Positions 55,233-63,962 of a DNA stretch of 64,000 nt are shown one piece after another. The stretch is from the NCBI GenBank assembly GCA_036380875.1, contig DASVDX010000022.1, positions 15,753 to 79,752 of the forward strand. Direction: 5' to 3'. This DNA comes from Acidimicrobiia bacterium (GTDB lineage Bacteria; Actinomycetota; Acidimicrobiia; Spongiisociales; ZC4RG35). The notes under the pieces were generated by a model. The model saw only the letters and a program-made list of their open reading frames with translations. It searched no databases and was not told the origin of the DNA. Position 1 is the first letter of the stretch; each line of letters starts with the position of its first letter. A program made the position numbers and the translations under genes.

Positions 55233-55956
55233 CCTCCGCTTCGAGAACCTCGTCAAGCATTTCGGTGGCGTCCACGCCCTCGATGGGGTGAGCGGCCACG
55301 TCGGCGAAGGCGAGATCGTCGGTCTCGTCGGCCCCAACGGGTCCGGGAAGTCGACTCTGATCAACGTCCTCAGCGGCCACTACGAGGCGGACAGCGGAAA
55401 GATCGTCCTCGACGGCGAGGACATCACGGACCGCCCGGCCCACCGGATCATCGAGATGGGCCTGGCCCGCACGTACCAGATCCCGCGCCCGTTCTCCACC
55501 ATGACCGCACTGGAGAACGTGTCTGTGCCGCTCATGTTCGGCAGCGAGCCGATGAGCCCCGGCGCCGCCCGGGAGGCGGCCCTCGAGTGGCTCGAGTTCA
55601 CCGGACTCGACGCCTACGCCGACGAACCCGTGTCGAGCCTCAACCTCCACCAACTCAAGTACCTGGAACTGGCGCGGGCCCTGGCGGCCCGCCCGAGACT
55701 CGTCTTCTTGGACGAGGTCTTGTCGGGCCTCAACCCGGCCGAGGTGAACGAGTCGATCGAGATGGTGAGACGCATCCATGCCTCAGGGATCACGATCGTC
55801 ATCGTCGAGCACCTGGTCCGGGTGGTGACGTCGCTCGCCACGCGGATCATGGTCCTCGATCGGGGCAGGGTCATCGCCGACGGCGACCCCACGGAGGTCA
55901 TGCGTCAGCCGGAGGTAGTGACCGCCTATCTCGGAAAGCGAGCGCAGAGTGCTTGA
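55225..55956 (+). CDS. ABC transporter ATP-binding protein (LivG-like)
   Basis: GPNGSGKSTL Walker A and Walker B LVFLDEVLSGL. Confidence 0.85.
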   Translation: MADLRFENLVKHFGGVHALDGVSGHVGEGEIVGLVGPNGSGKSTLINVLSGHYEADSGKIVLDGEDITDRPAHRIIEMGLARTYQIPRPFSTMTALENVSVPLMFGSEPMSPGAAREAALEWLEFTGLDAYADEPVSSLNLHQLKYLELARALAARPRLVFLDEVLSGLNPAEVNESIEMVRRIHASGITIVIVEHLVRVVTSLATRIMVLDRGRVIADGDPTEVMRQPEVVTAYLGKRAQSA

Positions 55957-56653
55957 GGTCGATTCGGTCAGCGCCGGCTACGGGAAGGCTCGAGCCCTCT
56001 GGGACGTGACGCTCCGGGTGGGCGACGGCGAGATCATCACGATCATCGGGCCGAACGGCGCCGGGAAGAGCACGTTGGTCAACGTCCTCGCCGGTATCCA
56101 CCCCGCCTGGGGAGGCCGGATCGTCTTCGACGGGACCGAGATCACATCTCTCGAGCCGTACGAAGTTTGCGCAGCCGGGATCGCGGTGGTCCCCGAAGGG
56201 CGGCAGGTCTTCGCCGATATGACGGTCTCGGACAACCTGCTGATCGGCGGTTACCACGCGGCGGCTCGGGCCCGGCGCAAGGAGAACTATGAGCGGGTCT
56301 GCGAGATCTTTCCGATCCTGGCCGAGCGGTCCAACCAACTCGCTGGCAGTCTGAGCGGCGGCGAGCAACAGATGCTCGCCATCGGCCGGGCGCTCATGGC
56401 CGAGCCCCGTCTCCTCCTCCTGGACGAGCCGTCACTCGGGCTCGCCCCGGTGATCGTCGACACGATCTTCGAAGTCCTCCAGCACATCAACGCCGAAGGC
56501 ACGTCGGTCCTGGTGGTGGAGCAGAACGTGGTCGAAGCGCTCGAACTGGCGTCGCGGGGATACGTACTTGAGCAGGGGAGGATCGTGAAGGAGGGGGCGG
56601 CTGCCGACTTGCTCGACGACCCCGACGTGCGCACCGCCTATCTGGGCGTCTGA
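55949..56653 (+). CDS. ABC transporter ATP-binding protein (LivF-like)
   Basis: GPNGAGKSTL, LSGGEQQML and LLDEPSLGLAP motifs. Confidence 0.85.
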   Translation: MLEVDSVSAGYGKARALWDVTLRVGDGEIITIIGPNGAGKSTLVNVLAGIHPAWGGRIVFDGTEITSLEPYEVCAAGIAVVPEGRQVFADMTVSDNLLIGGYHAAARARRKENYERVCEIFPILAERSNQLAGSLSGGEQQMLAIGRALMAEPRLLLLDEPSLGLAPVIVDTIFEVLQHINAEGTSVLVVEQNVVEALELASRGYVLEQGRIVKEGAAADLLDDPDVRTAYLGV

Positions 56654-56680
56654 ACTTCCCGTCGAACGTCCGCTTCGTGA

Positions 56681-56694
56681 GAAAAGCGTTTGAA
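56681..56694. promoter_or_regulatory. LacI-type operator-like site GAAAAGCGTTTGAA upstream of doxX-marR
   Basis: Shares the TTTGAAGG right half with the 40275 and 60632 sites. Confidence 0.35.
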
Positions 56695-56695
56695 G

Positions 56696-56714
56696 GTAGT
56701 TAGAGTTCTAACTA
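56696..56714. promoter_or_regulatory. AT-rich perfect inverted repeat TAGTTAGA-gt-TCTAACTA upstream of doxX-marR (candidate MarR operator)
   Basis: 8-bp perfect arms with a 2-bp spacer, in the lowest-GC stretch of the window, immediately upstream of the operon. Confidence 0.5.
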
Positions 56715-56718
56715 GTTT

Positions 56719-56733
56719 GTCTCATCATGAGAC
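56719..56733. promoter_or_regulatory. Second palindrome GTCTCATcATGAGAC overlapping the doxX start codon
   Basis: 7-bp perfect arms; the ATG of doxX lies inside the right arm. Confidence 0.4.
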
Positions 56734-57107
56734 GTGCAGACTTGCTCAGGTACGCCGGGTGGGCGCTCCTTTTGGCAGCCGCGGTGTTCTTCGTCCAAAA
56801 CGGCATCCAGAAGCTCATCGGAACGGAGCCGATGGTCCAGTTGTTTGCTGCCCTCGGTTACCCGGGTTGGGTGCGGTACGGGGTGGGTGTAGTCGAGATC
56901 GTCGGCGGAGCGTGCCTTCTAGTGCCACGGCTCAAGTCGTGGGCTGCTGCCGCCCTCGGCGGACTGATGGCCGGAGCGGCGGCGTCCGAGCTCCGGGCTG
57001 GGCACTCTTTCGAGGTCCTGATCCCGATGCAGTGGCTGGTCTTCTTCGGCCTCGTCGTCTGGCTCCACAGCCGCCGCCGTCGCCACGTCGATGAGCGACC
57101 GGCATGA
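56727..57107 (+). CDS. DoxX-family membrane protein
   Basis: 126 aa with hydrophobic helices and the DoxX motif LIGTEPMVQLFAALGYPGWVRYGVGVVEIVGG. Confidence 0.75.
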   Translation: MRRADLLRYAGWALLLAAAVFFVQNGIQKLIGTEPMVQLFAALGYPGWVRYGVGVVEIVGGACLLVPRLKSWAAAALGGLMAGAAASELRAGHSFEVLIPMQWLVFFGLVVWLHSRRRRHVDERPA

Positions 57108-57565
57108 CGCTCCCGGAGGCCTCGGTGGCGTGGGATTGGGAGCACGGTCCCACCGGGCGACTGTTGAAGATCGCTTACACGGCGGTGCGGCGAGAGTTGG
57201 ACAAGCTGGCCCGGGCGGAGGGCCTCACTTCCGCCCAATGGAGCGCCCTGGGTGTGCTCCTCCACTTCCCTGGCGCCACCAACTCGGATCTCGAGGCGAT
57301 CCTCCTCGTCGAGCGGCCGAGCGTGACGAGCCTCATCAAGGGGTTGGAGCGTCACGGTTGGGTGGTGCGCCGGGACCATCCCGAGGACGCCCGCTCCAAG
57401 CAGTTCTTCCTCACTGAAAGGGGGCGAGAGCTGGCCGAGCGCACCCGCACCCTCGCCGAGGAGGCGGACCGGCGCATCCTGGGAAGCCTGGCCGACCGCG
57501 AAACCCGACAGCTGCGCCGGCTCCTGGCCAAGGTGGTCCGAGCCAGCGGGGTGCCTCTGCCGTGA
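57104..57565 (+). CDS. MarR-family transcriptional regulator
   Basis: wHTH LTSAQWSALGVLLHFPGATNSDLEAILLVERPSVTSLIKGLERHGWVVRRDHPEDARSK. ATGA overlap with doxX. Confidence 0.85.
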   Translation: MTLPEASVAWDWEHGPTGRLLKIAYTAVRRELDKLARAEGLTSAQWSALGVLLHFPGATNSDLEAILLVERPSVTSLIKGLERHGWVVRRDHPEDARSKQFFLTERGRELAERTRTLAEEADRRILGSLADRETRQLRRLLAKVVRASGVPLP

Positions 57566-57605
57566 TCCGGCTTCGATCGGTCGTCACGATGATGGTTCCT
57601 AGAAT

Positions 57606-57619
57606 CTGCAACCGATTGC
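57606..57619. promoter_or_regulatory. LacI-type operator-like site TGCAACCGATTGCA upstream of the PPOX/amidohydrolase operon
   Basis: Perfect TGCAA/TTGCA half-sites around a central CG. Confidence 0.5.
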
Positions 57620-57641
57620 AGGCTTTGGTAGGCTCGCAGTC

Positions 57642-58025
57642 ATGCTGGATTCCAAGGCCATCGATCTCCTCCGCGGGGCGAACTACGCCGCCCTCACCAC
57701 CCTCATGCCCGACGGCCACCCGCAGACCCAGATCGTGTGGGTCGACACCGACGGTGAGCACGTCCTGGTGAACACCGAGCGGCATCGGCAGAAGGCACGT
57801 AACGTGCAGCGCGACCCGCGGGTGACGGTGTTGGTGTGGGACCGCAACGACATGTGGAAACGCGCCGAGATCCGCGGCGAGGTGGTGGAGATCGTCGGGG
57901 GCCCGGAAGGCCGAGAGATGATCGATCGACTTTCGAACAAGTACCTGGGTCACGACTATCGCAACCCGATCCAGACAGAGCGGGTCACCCTGAAGATCGC
58001 TCCCCGCCGCGTCCTGGTGTCGTGA
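57642..58025 (+). CDS. PPOX-class (pyridoxamine 5-phosphate oxidase-like) probable F420-dependent enzyme
   Basis: 127 aa; LLRGANYAALTTLMPDGHPQTQIVWV and VLVNTERHRQKARNVQRDPRVTV are the split-barrel signature. Confidence 0.8.
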   Translation: MLDSKAIDLLRGANYAALTTLMPDGHPQTQIVWVDTDGEHVLVNTERHRQKARNVQRDPRVTVLVWDRNDMWKRAEIRGEVVEIVGGPEGREMIDRLSNKYLGHDYRNPIQTERVTLKIAPRRVLVS

Positions 58026-59608
58026 CTCCGGATCTCCTCGTTGCCGGCGGTCCGATCTGGACCGGTTCTCGAACGGTCGAGGCGGTCGGGATCTCCGGCG
58101 GCCGGGTCGTCGCTGCCGGGGCGAGGGACGACGTCCAGTCGGCGCTCCGCAGGGGCTGGCAGGAGATCGACCTCCAAGGTCGGCGCGCCATCCCGGGGCT
58201 CATCGACTCCCACGTCCACGTGCTGCGGGCCGGGCTGACGTGGAACGACATCGTCCGCTGGGATGACATCACATCACTGGCGGCAGGTTTGGAGCGGATC
58301 CGAGAGGCGGCCGAGTCTCGCCCCGGATCCACCTGGATTCGCGTGCTGGGCGGATGGCACCCGGGCCGCTTCGCCGAAGGGAGAGGGCCAACCCGGGGTG
58401 AGCTCGACTCCGTCGGGGGCGAGCATCCCGTCTACGTCCAGCTCCTGTACGAGGAGGGAGTCCTCAACTCGAAAGGGCTCGAGCTGGTCCTCGCCGATGG
58501 GGAGGTGCCCGGTGTGGAGCGCGACGACGAGGGTCGGCCGACCGGCAAGATCACCGGTCAGCCGGCGTTCGGCCGGGTGCTCTCGCTCTTCGAGCGCCCC
58601 AGCTTCTCCGAGCAGAAGGCATCCACGCAGGCGCTGGTGGCCGACTTCCTGTCACGAGGTGTCACCGGTGCCATCGACCCTGGCGGCTTCGGGATCACCC
58701 CGGAGTCGTACAACGCCATGTTCGATCTGTGGCGCAACGACCAACTCGACATGCGCATCCGGCTCTACCTGGTGCCGCAGGGCCGGGGCAACGAACTCGC
58801 CGACGTTCGCAACTGGGTCCGCTACGTCCAGCCCGGCTTCGGGGACGACATGCTCCGCTACGTCGGGATGGGAGAGATCGTCAGCTTCGCCTGCCACGAC
58901 ATGGAGGGTGTGCGACCCTTCGAGGTGACCGAGGAGGCGAAACGGGAGCTCCTCGAGGCGGTCGACGTGCTGGCCGAGCACGGCTGGCCGGTCCACCTCC
59001 ACGCCATCTTCGACACCACGATCTCGGCGGTGCTGGACGTCCTCGAAGAGGTCGACCGCAAGCACGGTCTTCCGGGACGGCGGTTCTCCCTGGCTCACGC
59101 CGAGGCGATCAGCCGCCCGAACCTGGAACGGGTCCGGCGCCTGGGGATGGGACTCGCCATCCAGAACCGCCTCATCTACCGCTGCGCCGATTCCGCCGCC
59201 CTGTGGGGAGAAGAAGCGGCGGCGAACGCTCCGCCGCTCGGGGATGTCCTCGAGATGGGCATCCCGCTCGGGGCCGGCACCGACGCCACCGTCGTCACCC
59301 CGCACGACCCGTGGCTGGCGATCTGGTGGCTCGTCACCGGGGAGTCGTTCGACGGCGCCCCGCCCCGGGCCGCCCGTCACCGCCTGTCGACAGAGCAGGC
59401 TCTCGTGGCCTACACGCGGGGGAGTGCCTGGTTCAGCTTCGAAGAAGGCCAGCGGGGCCACTTGGAGCCGGGGGCTTTGGCTGATGTCGCCGTGTTGTCG
59501 GCCGACCCCTTCGAAGTCGATCCGGCCGATCTGCCGAGCATCTACTCGGAGTTGACGCTGGTGGGAGGAAAGCCAGTCCACACCGGCCCGGCCTACGCCG
59601 GCCTATGA
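58022..59608 (+). CDS. Amidohydrolase family 3 (YtcJ/N-substituted formamide deformylase-like) metal-dependent hydrolase
   Basis: GLIDSHVHV and HLHAIFDT motifs plus a C-terminal amidohydrolase_3 region. GTGA overlap with the PPOX gene. Confidence 0.8.
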   Translation: MTPDLLVAGGPIWTGSRTVEAVGISGGRVVAAGARDDVQSALRRGWQEIDLQGRRAIPGLIDSHVHVLRAGLTWNDIVRWDDITSLAAGLERIREAAESRPGSTWIRVLGGWHPGRFAEGRGPTRGELDSVGGEHPVYVQLLYEEGVLNSKGLELVLADGEVPGVERDDEGRPTGKITGQPAFGRVLSLFERPSFSEQKASTQALVADFLSRGVTGAIDPGGFGITPESYNAMFDLWRNDQLDMRIRLYLVPQGRGNELADVRNWVRYVQPGFGDDMLRYVGMGEIVSFACHDMEGVRPFEVTEEAKRELLEAVDVLAEHGWPVHLHAIFDTTISAVLDVLEEVDRKHGLPGRRFSLAHAEAISRPNLERVRRLGMGLAIQNRLIYRCADSAALWGEEAAANAPPLGDVLEMGIPLGAGTDATVVTPHDPWLAIWWLVTGESFDGAPPRAARHRLSTEQALVAYTRGSAWFSFEEGQRGHLEPGALADVAVLSADPFEVDPADLPSIYSELTLVGGKPVHTGPAYAGL

Positions 59609-60492
59609 CCTCCCTCCCGCAACAGAGCGGCCAGGCCGCTCATGTCGTCGGGCCCCATCCCGGCGTCGACCGCTCGTCTCGTCAATTCGGCGGTGGCGGC
59701 GAGTTGCTCCACAGGGGCGCCGACCCGCTCGGCCAGACCGAGGATGAGCTCGAGATCCTTCGCCACCAGATCGAGGCTGAACGCCACCGGCACCTCGCCC
59801 GGCCGTTCGAACGCCTGCCGCTTGTACAGGAGAAACGGCGACGCCGCGGCGCTGTTGGCGAACACCTCGTAGGCCTTCTCGCGTTCGACGCCTGCCTTCT
59901 CCGCCAGGACGAGCGCCTCGGAGATGGCGAGGTTGGTGGCGTGGACGAGGGAGTTCACTGCGAGCTTTATCGTCGCTCCCGTGCCGTTGGCGCCGAGGTG
60001 GAACACTGTCTTCGAGTAGGTGTCGATGACGGGTTTCGCCTTGTCCAGAGCTGTGGCGTCGCCGCCCACCATCGACGTGAGGGCTCCCTGTTCGAGGAGC
60101 GACACGCTTCCCGACACCGGGGCGTCCAAGAGCCACGCTCCCGCCTCCCGGTAGCGGGGCGCGATGGAGGTGATCGTCTCGGGGTCCACGGTGCTCGTCT
60201 CCACCACCACCGCTCCGGACCCGATGCCGTCGAGGATCCCTCCCGCTCCGGCGTGGGCTGCCTCCAGAGCGGCGTCGTCGGCCAGGCTGCACACCACGAC
60301 CTCGGCCGAGGCGGCGGCGTCAGCGGCGCTGCCCGCCACCTCGGCGCCGATCTCCTCTGCCACGGCGGCAGCTCTCTCGGGCGTTCGGTTCCACACCACC
60401 GTCTGGAAGCCGGCGCCGGCGATACGGCGGGCCATCGCCGACCCCATGCGCCCCATCCCGATGACGCTCACGGTGCCGATTTCGTCGGTCAT
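59593..60492 (-). CDS. NAD(P)-dependent oxidoreductase, 6PGDH NAD-binding / HIBADH family
   Basis: VSVIGMGRMGSAMARRI Rossmann motif and the HIBADH C-terminal domain. Start at MTDEIG. Confidence 0.8.
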   Translation of the reverse strand: MTDEIGTVSVIGMGRMGSAMARRIAGAGFQTVVWNRTPERAAAVAEEIGAEVAGSAADAAASAEVVVCSLADDAALEAAHAGAGGILDGIGSGAVVVETSTVDPETITSIAPRYREAGAWLLDAPVSGSVSLLEQGALTSMVGGDATALDKAKPVIDTYSKTVFHLGANGTGATIKLAVNSLVHATNLAISEALVLAEKAGVEREKAYEVFANSAAASPFLLYKRQAFERPGEVPVAFSLDLVAKDLELILGLAERVGAPVEQLAATAELTRRAVDAGMGPDDMSGLAALLREGGHRPA

Positions 60493-60552
60493 CTCGCCTC
60501 TCCTTTGGTCGTTGTCTGCCCGGGTTCGCCGTGCCACGTTCTCCCCAGGAGC

Positions 60553-60566
60553 CGCAAGCGATTGCA
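60553..60566. promoter_or_regulatory. LacI-type operator-like site CGCAAGCGATTGCA in the 6PGDH-like / M24 peptidase divergent region
   Basis: GCAAnCGnTTGCA pattern. Confidence 0.45.
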
Positions 60567-60631
60567 GCCCGGTCTATCCTCTGGGAGCGGCACTTGCCGG
60601 AGGGAACCACATTTGTCCTGATCCGGGGAAC

Positions 60632-60645
60632 GGCAAACGTTTGAA
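60632..60645. promoter_or_regulatory. LacI-type operator-like site GGCAAACGTTTGAA about 40 bp upstream of the M24 peptidase gene
   Basis: CAAACGTTTG perfect core. Confidence 0.45.
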
Positions 60646-60683
60646 GTCATTAGAGTGCAACCTTAGAGAGAAGGAGATGAACC

Positions 60684-61937
60684 ATGTCTGAGTTCCCCGT
60701 TGCTACAACTCCCGCTCCCGGCGTGATGGCGGTGGACTGGGAGCAGCGGGTCGACTTCGAGCGCCTTCGCCAATACCGGCTCGACCGGGCGCGTCGTCAG
60801 ATGGAAGAAGACGACCTGGGTGCTCTGCTCCTCTTCGAGACTTCGAACATCCGTTACGTGACGTCCACCCAGATCGGCTACTGGGCGTTCAACAAGGGCG
60901 AACGCTGGGCGCTCTTGACTCGCAACGGTCGGCCTCGGATCTGGGACTTCGGCTCGGCGGCCAAGGCCCATCGCATCCAACTTCCTCACATGTTCGACCA
61001 GGAGAACTCGGTGGGCGGCAACACCGGTCTCCAGGGAGCCATCGGCCCCGAGGCCGGGCTCCACGCCCGGGCCGCCAAGGAGATCGCCGACGTCCTCCGC
61101 GACGAGGGCCTCGAGAACGAGAGACTCGGCGTCGACATGGCCGAGACTGCCGTCTTCCTCGCCCTGCAGAAGGAAGGTCTCAACGTCGTCGACGGCCAGC
61201 AGACCATGATGAAGGCCCGGGAGATCAAGAGCCCAGACGAGATCGTCCTCCTCACCCAGGCCTCGGCGATGGTCGATGGCGTCTACCAGGACATCTTCGA
61301 GGCGCTGAAGCCGGGGGTCCGCGAGTCCGATATCGTCGCCCTCGCCCACGCCCGCCTCTTCGAGATGGGATCGGAGTTCGTCGAGGCGATCAACTCGATC
61401 GCCGGGGAGCGTTGCTCGCCGCATCCGCACGTGTTCTCCGACCGGATGATCCGCCCAGGAGACCAGGCTTACTTCGACATCATCCACGCCTACAACGGCT
61501 ACCGCACCTGCTACTACCGGACGTTCGTGGTGGGGCGGGCCACCCAGGCCCAGCGCGACGCCTTCAAGCAGGCTCGGGAGTGGATGGACGCTGCCATCGA
61601 ACTGGTGCGGCCGGGCAACACCACCGACATGATCGCCAAGGTGTGGCCCGAGGCCCACGAGTTCGGCTTCCAGGACGAGATGGACGCCTTCGGCCTCCAG
61701 TTCGGCCACGGTGTGGGCGTCGGCCTCCACGAACGGCCGATCATCAGCCGCCTCAACTCGATCGACGACCCGATCGAGATCAAGGAGGGCATGTACTTCG
61801 CCCTCGAGACGTATGCTCCCGCCAAGGACGGTAGGTCGGCGGCTCGTATCGAGGAGATGATGGTGGTCACCAAGGACGGACCGCAGATCACCACCCTGTT
61901 CCCATGCGAGGAGTTGATGGTCGCCAATGAGTACTGA
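60684..61937 (+). CDS. M24-family metallopeptidase (creatinase/prolidase N-domain + M24; Xaa-Pro peptidase-like)
   Basis: Creatinase_N region, then M24 metal ligands (HGVGVGLHE and the D..D/H/E/E pattern). RBS AAGGAG. Confidence 0.8.
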   Translation: MSEFPVATTPAPGVMAVDWEQRVDFERLRQYRLDRARRQMEEDDLGALLLFETSNIRYVTSTQIGYWAFNKGERWALLTRNGRPRIWDFGSAAKAHRIQLPHMFDQENSVGGNTGLQGAIGPEAGLHARAAKEIADVLRDEGLENERLGVDMAETAVFLALQKEGLNVVDGQQTMMKAREIKSPDEIVLLTQASAMVDGVYQDIFEALKPGVRESDIVALAHARLFEMGSEFVEAINSIAGERCSPHPHVFSDRMIRPGDQAYFDIIHAYNGYRTCYYRTFVVGRATQAQRDAFKQAREWMDAAIELVRPGNTTDMIAKVWPEAHEFGFQDEMDAFGLQFGHGVGVGLHERPIISRLNSIDDPIEIKEGMYFALETYAPAKDGRSAARIEEMMVVTKDGPQITTLFPCEELMVANEY

Positions 61938-63000
61938 GACGTTCGACCCGCAGCTGCTCGACTACGCCAACCGTCCGCCGCGGCTGCCATCGCCTCCCAA
62001 CGAAGAGAACGATCGGCTCGACATCCCCCTCGACCAGAGGATCCGCATGTACGAGTTGCAGCAAGAGCTGCGGCAGTTCGAGAAGCGGGCCTACGACCTG
62101 TTCATGCAGAACCTGGTCAAGGGAACCAGCCACCTCTCATTGGGAATGGAGGCGGTGGCGACGGGCTTCGCCATGGCGATGCGGCCCGACGACTACACCT
62201 TCGCCACCTACCGCGGTCATGCGCACACGCTCGCCCGCGGCGTGCCCATGGGCCCGGTGATGGCCGAGCTGTTGGGCCGCCGCAGCGGCCTGCTGGGCGG
62301 AAAGGGCGGGTCCATGCACCTCACCTCGGTGGAACACGGGATGATGGGCTCGTACGCCATCATTGGGGCCCACCTGTGCATCGCCAACGGTGCCGCCTGG
62401 TCGGCCCAGATGCGGGGAAGCGACCAGGTCACGGTGGCGTTCTTCGGCGACGGAACCACCAACATCGGCGCCTTCCACGAGGCGGTGAACTTCGCCGCGG
62501 TCTGGAACCTTCCGATCGTGTTCGTGTGCGAGAACAACCTCTACATGGAGTACACGCCGATCGACCTGGTGACGCCGGTGAAGAACCCTGCCGCCGACCG
62601 GGCCTCTGCCTACGGGCTGGAGCGGATCGTTGTCGACGGCAACGACGCCGATGAGGTGTACGTCACCGCCAAGCGTCTGATCGAGCAGGCTCGCTCCGGT
62701 GGCGGACCTTCGATGGTGGAGGCCGTCACGTACCGTCATGGCGGTCACTCCCGGGCCGACCCAGGCAAGTACCGTCCCAAGGAAGAGGTCGAGGCCTGGC
62801 TGCAGCGCGACCCCCTGACTATCTACCACCAGCGGCTTCTCCGGCTCGGAGTCCCTGAGATCGACTTGACCAACATCGCTCAGGACGTAGCCCGCCGCGT
62901 CGACGAAGCGACCGAGTTCGCCAAGTCGAGCCCGCCCCCGAGCCCGGAGAGCCTCATGACCGACGTGTGGGCCGATGGAGGTTCTTCATGGCGGAGATGA
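61927..63000 (+). CDS. TPP-dependent 2-oxoacid dehydrogenase E1 component alpha subunit (pyruvate/acetoin/branched-chain family)
   Basis: GDGTTNIGAFHEAVNFAAVWNLPIVFVCENN matches the TPP-binding GDG...N motif. Confidence 0.85.
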   Translation: MSTETFDPQLLDYANRPPRLPSPPNEENDRLDIPLDQRIRMYELQQELRQFEKRAYDLFMQNLVKGTSHLSLGMEAVATGFAMAMRPDDYTFATYRGHAHTLARGVPMGPVMAELLGRRSGLLGGKGGSMHLTSVEHGMMGSYAIIGAHLCIANGAAWSAQMRGSDQVTVAFFGDGTTNIGAFHEAVNFAAVWNLPIVFVCENNLYMEYTPIDLVTPVKNPAADRASAYGLERIVVDGNDADEVYVTAKRLIEQARSGGGPSMVEAVTYRHGGHSRADPGKYRPKEEVEAWLQRDPLTIYHQRLLRLGVPEIDLTNIAQDVARRVDEATEFAKSSPPPSPESLMTDVWADGGSSWRR

Positions 63001-63962
63001 GCTATCGCGATGCGGTCGCGTACGGGATCGCCCAGGAGATGCGGCGGGATCCCCGCCTGGTGATGCTGGGCGAGGACATCGCTGCCGCCGGAGGCGTGTT
63101 CAAGACCACCGTCGGGTTGCTCGAGCAGTTCGGGCCCGACCGGATCCGTGACACCCCGATCGCCGAGCAGGCCATCCTCGGCGCGGCGATGGGGGCGGCC
63201 ATGACCGGCATCCCGGTGATCGCCGAGATCATGTTCTCGGACTTCATCGCCGTCTGCTTCGACATCCTCGCCAATCAGATGGCCAAGACCCGCTACATGA
63301 CCGGCGGGCAGGTGACGGTCCCGGTCGTGATCCGGACCCACAACGGCGGCGGCTCCCGCTTCGGGGCTCAGCACTCCCAGTCGGTGGAGAACTGGTGCAT
63401 GATGATCCCCGGGCTCAAAGTCGTCGCTCCGTCGACACCCCGGGACGTCGTGGGCCTGCTCGCGGCTTCGGTGCGTGACCCGGACCCCGTCGTGTTCCTC
63501 GAGCACAAGTCGCTGCTCGCCACCAAGGGCGAAGTGCCCGAGGGAGAGATCGTCGACGAGTTGGGTGTGGCCAAGGTCGTCCGCGAGGGCACCGACTGCA
63601 CGATCGCCGCTCTCGCTCTCATGGTGCCCCGTGCGCTGCAAGCGGCAGAGCGTCTCGCCGAGGAAGGGATCTCCGCCGAGGTGATCGACGTGCGGACTCT
63701 CGTTCCCCTCGACACCCAGACCATCCTCGACTCGGTGGCCAAGACCAGCCGGCTCTTCACGGTCGAGGAGAACCCGCGCCTGTGCGGCTGGGGAGCCGAG
63801 GTGGCTTCGATCGTCAGCCATGAGGCGTTCTGGGATCTCGACGGGCCGGTCGTGCGGATCACCACTCCCCACATCCCGCTGCCTGCGGCCGAGACACTGG
63901 AGGACATGGCCATCCCCAGCGTCGACCGGATCTACAAAGAGATCGTCGAGGCGATGGACTGA
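62988..63962 (+). CDS. 2-oxoacid dehydrogenase E1 component beta subunit
   Basis: Transketolase-like pyrimidine-binding region MTGIPVIAEIMFSDF and C-terminal domain. RBS GGAGG. Overlaps the E1 alpha 3-prime end. Confidence 0.85.
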   Translation: MAEMSYRDAVAYGIAQEMRRDPRLVMLGEDIAAAGGVFKTTVGLLEQFGPDRIRDTPIAEQAILGAAMGAAMTGIPVIAEIMFSDFIAVCFDILANQMAKTRYMTGGQVTVPVVIRTHNGGGSRFGAQHSQSVENWCMMIPGLKVVAPSTPRDVVGLLAASVRDPDPVVFLEHKSLLATKGEVPEGEIVDELGVAKVVREGTDCTIAALALMVPRALQAAERLAEEGISAEVIDVRTLVPLDTQTILDSVAKTSRLFTVEENPRLCGWGAEVASIVSHEAFWDLDGPVVRITTPHIPLPAAETLEDMAIPSVDRIYKEIVEAMD

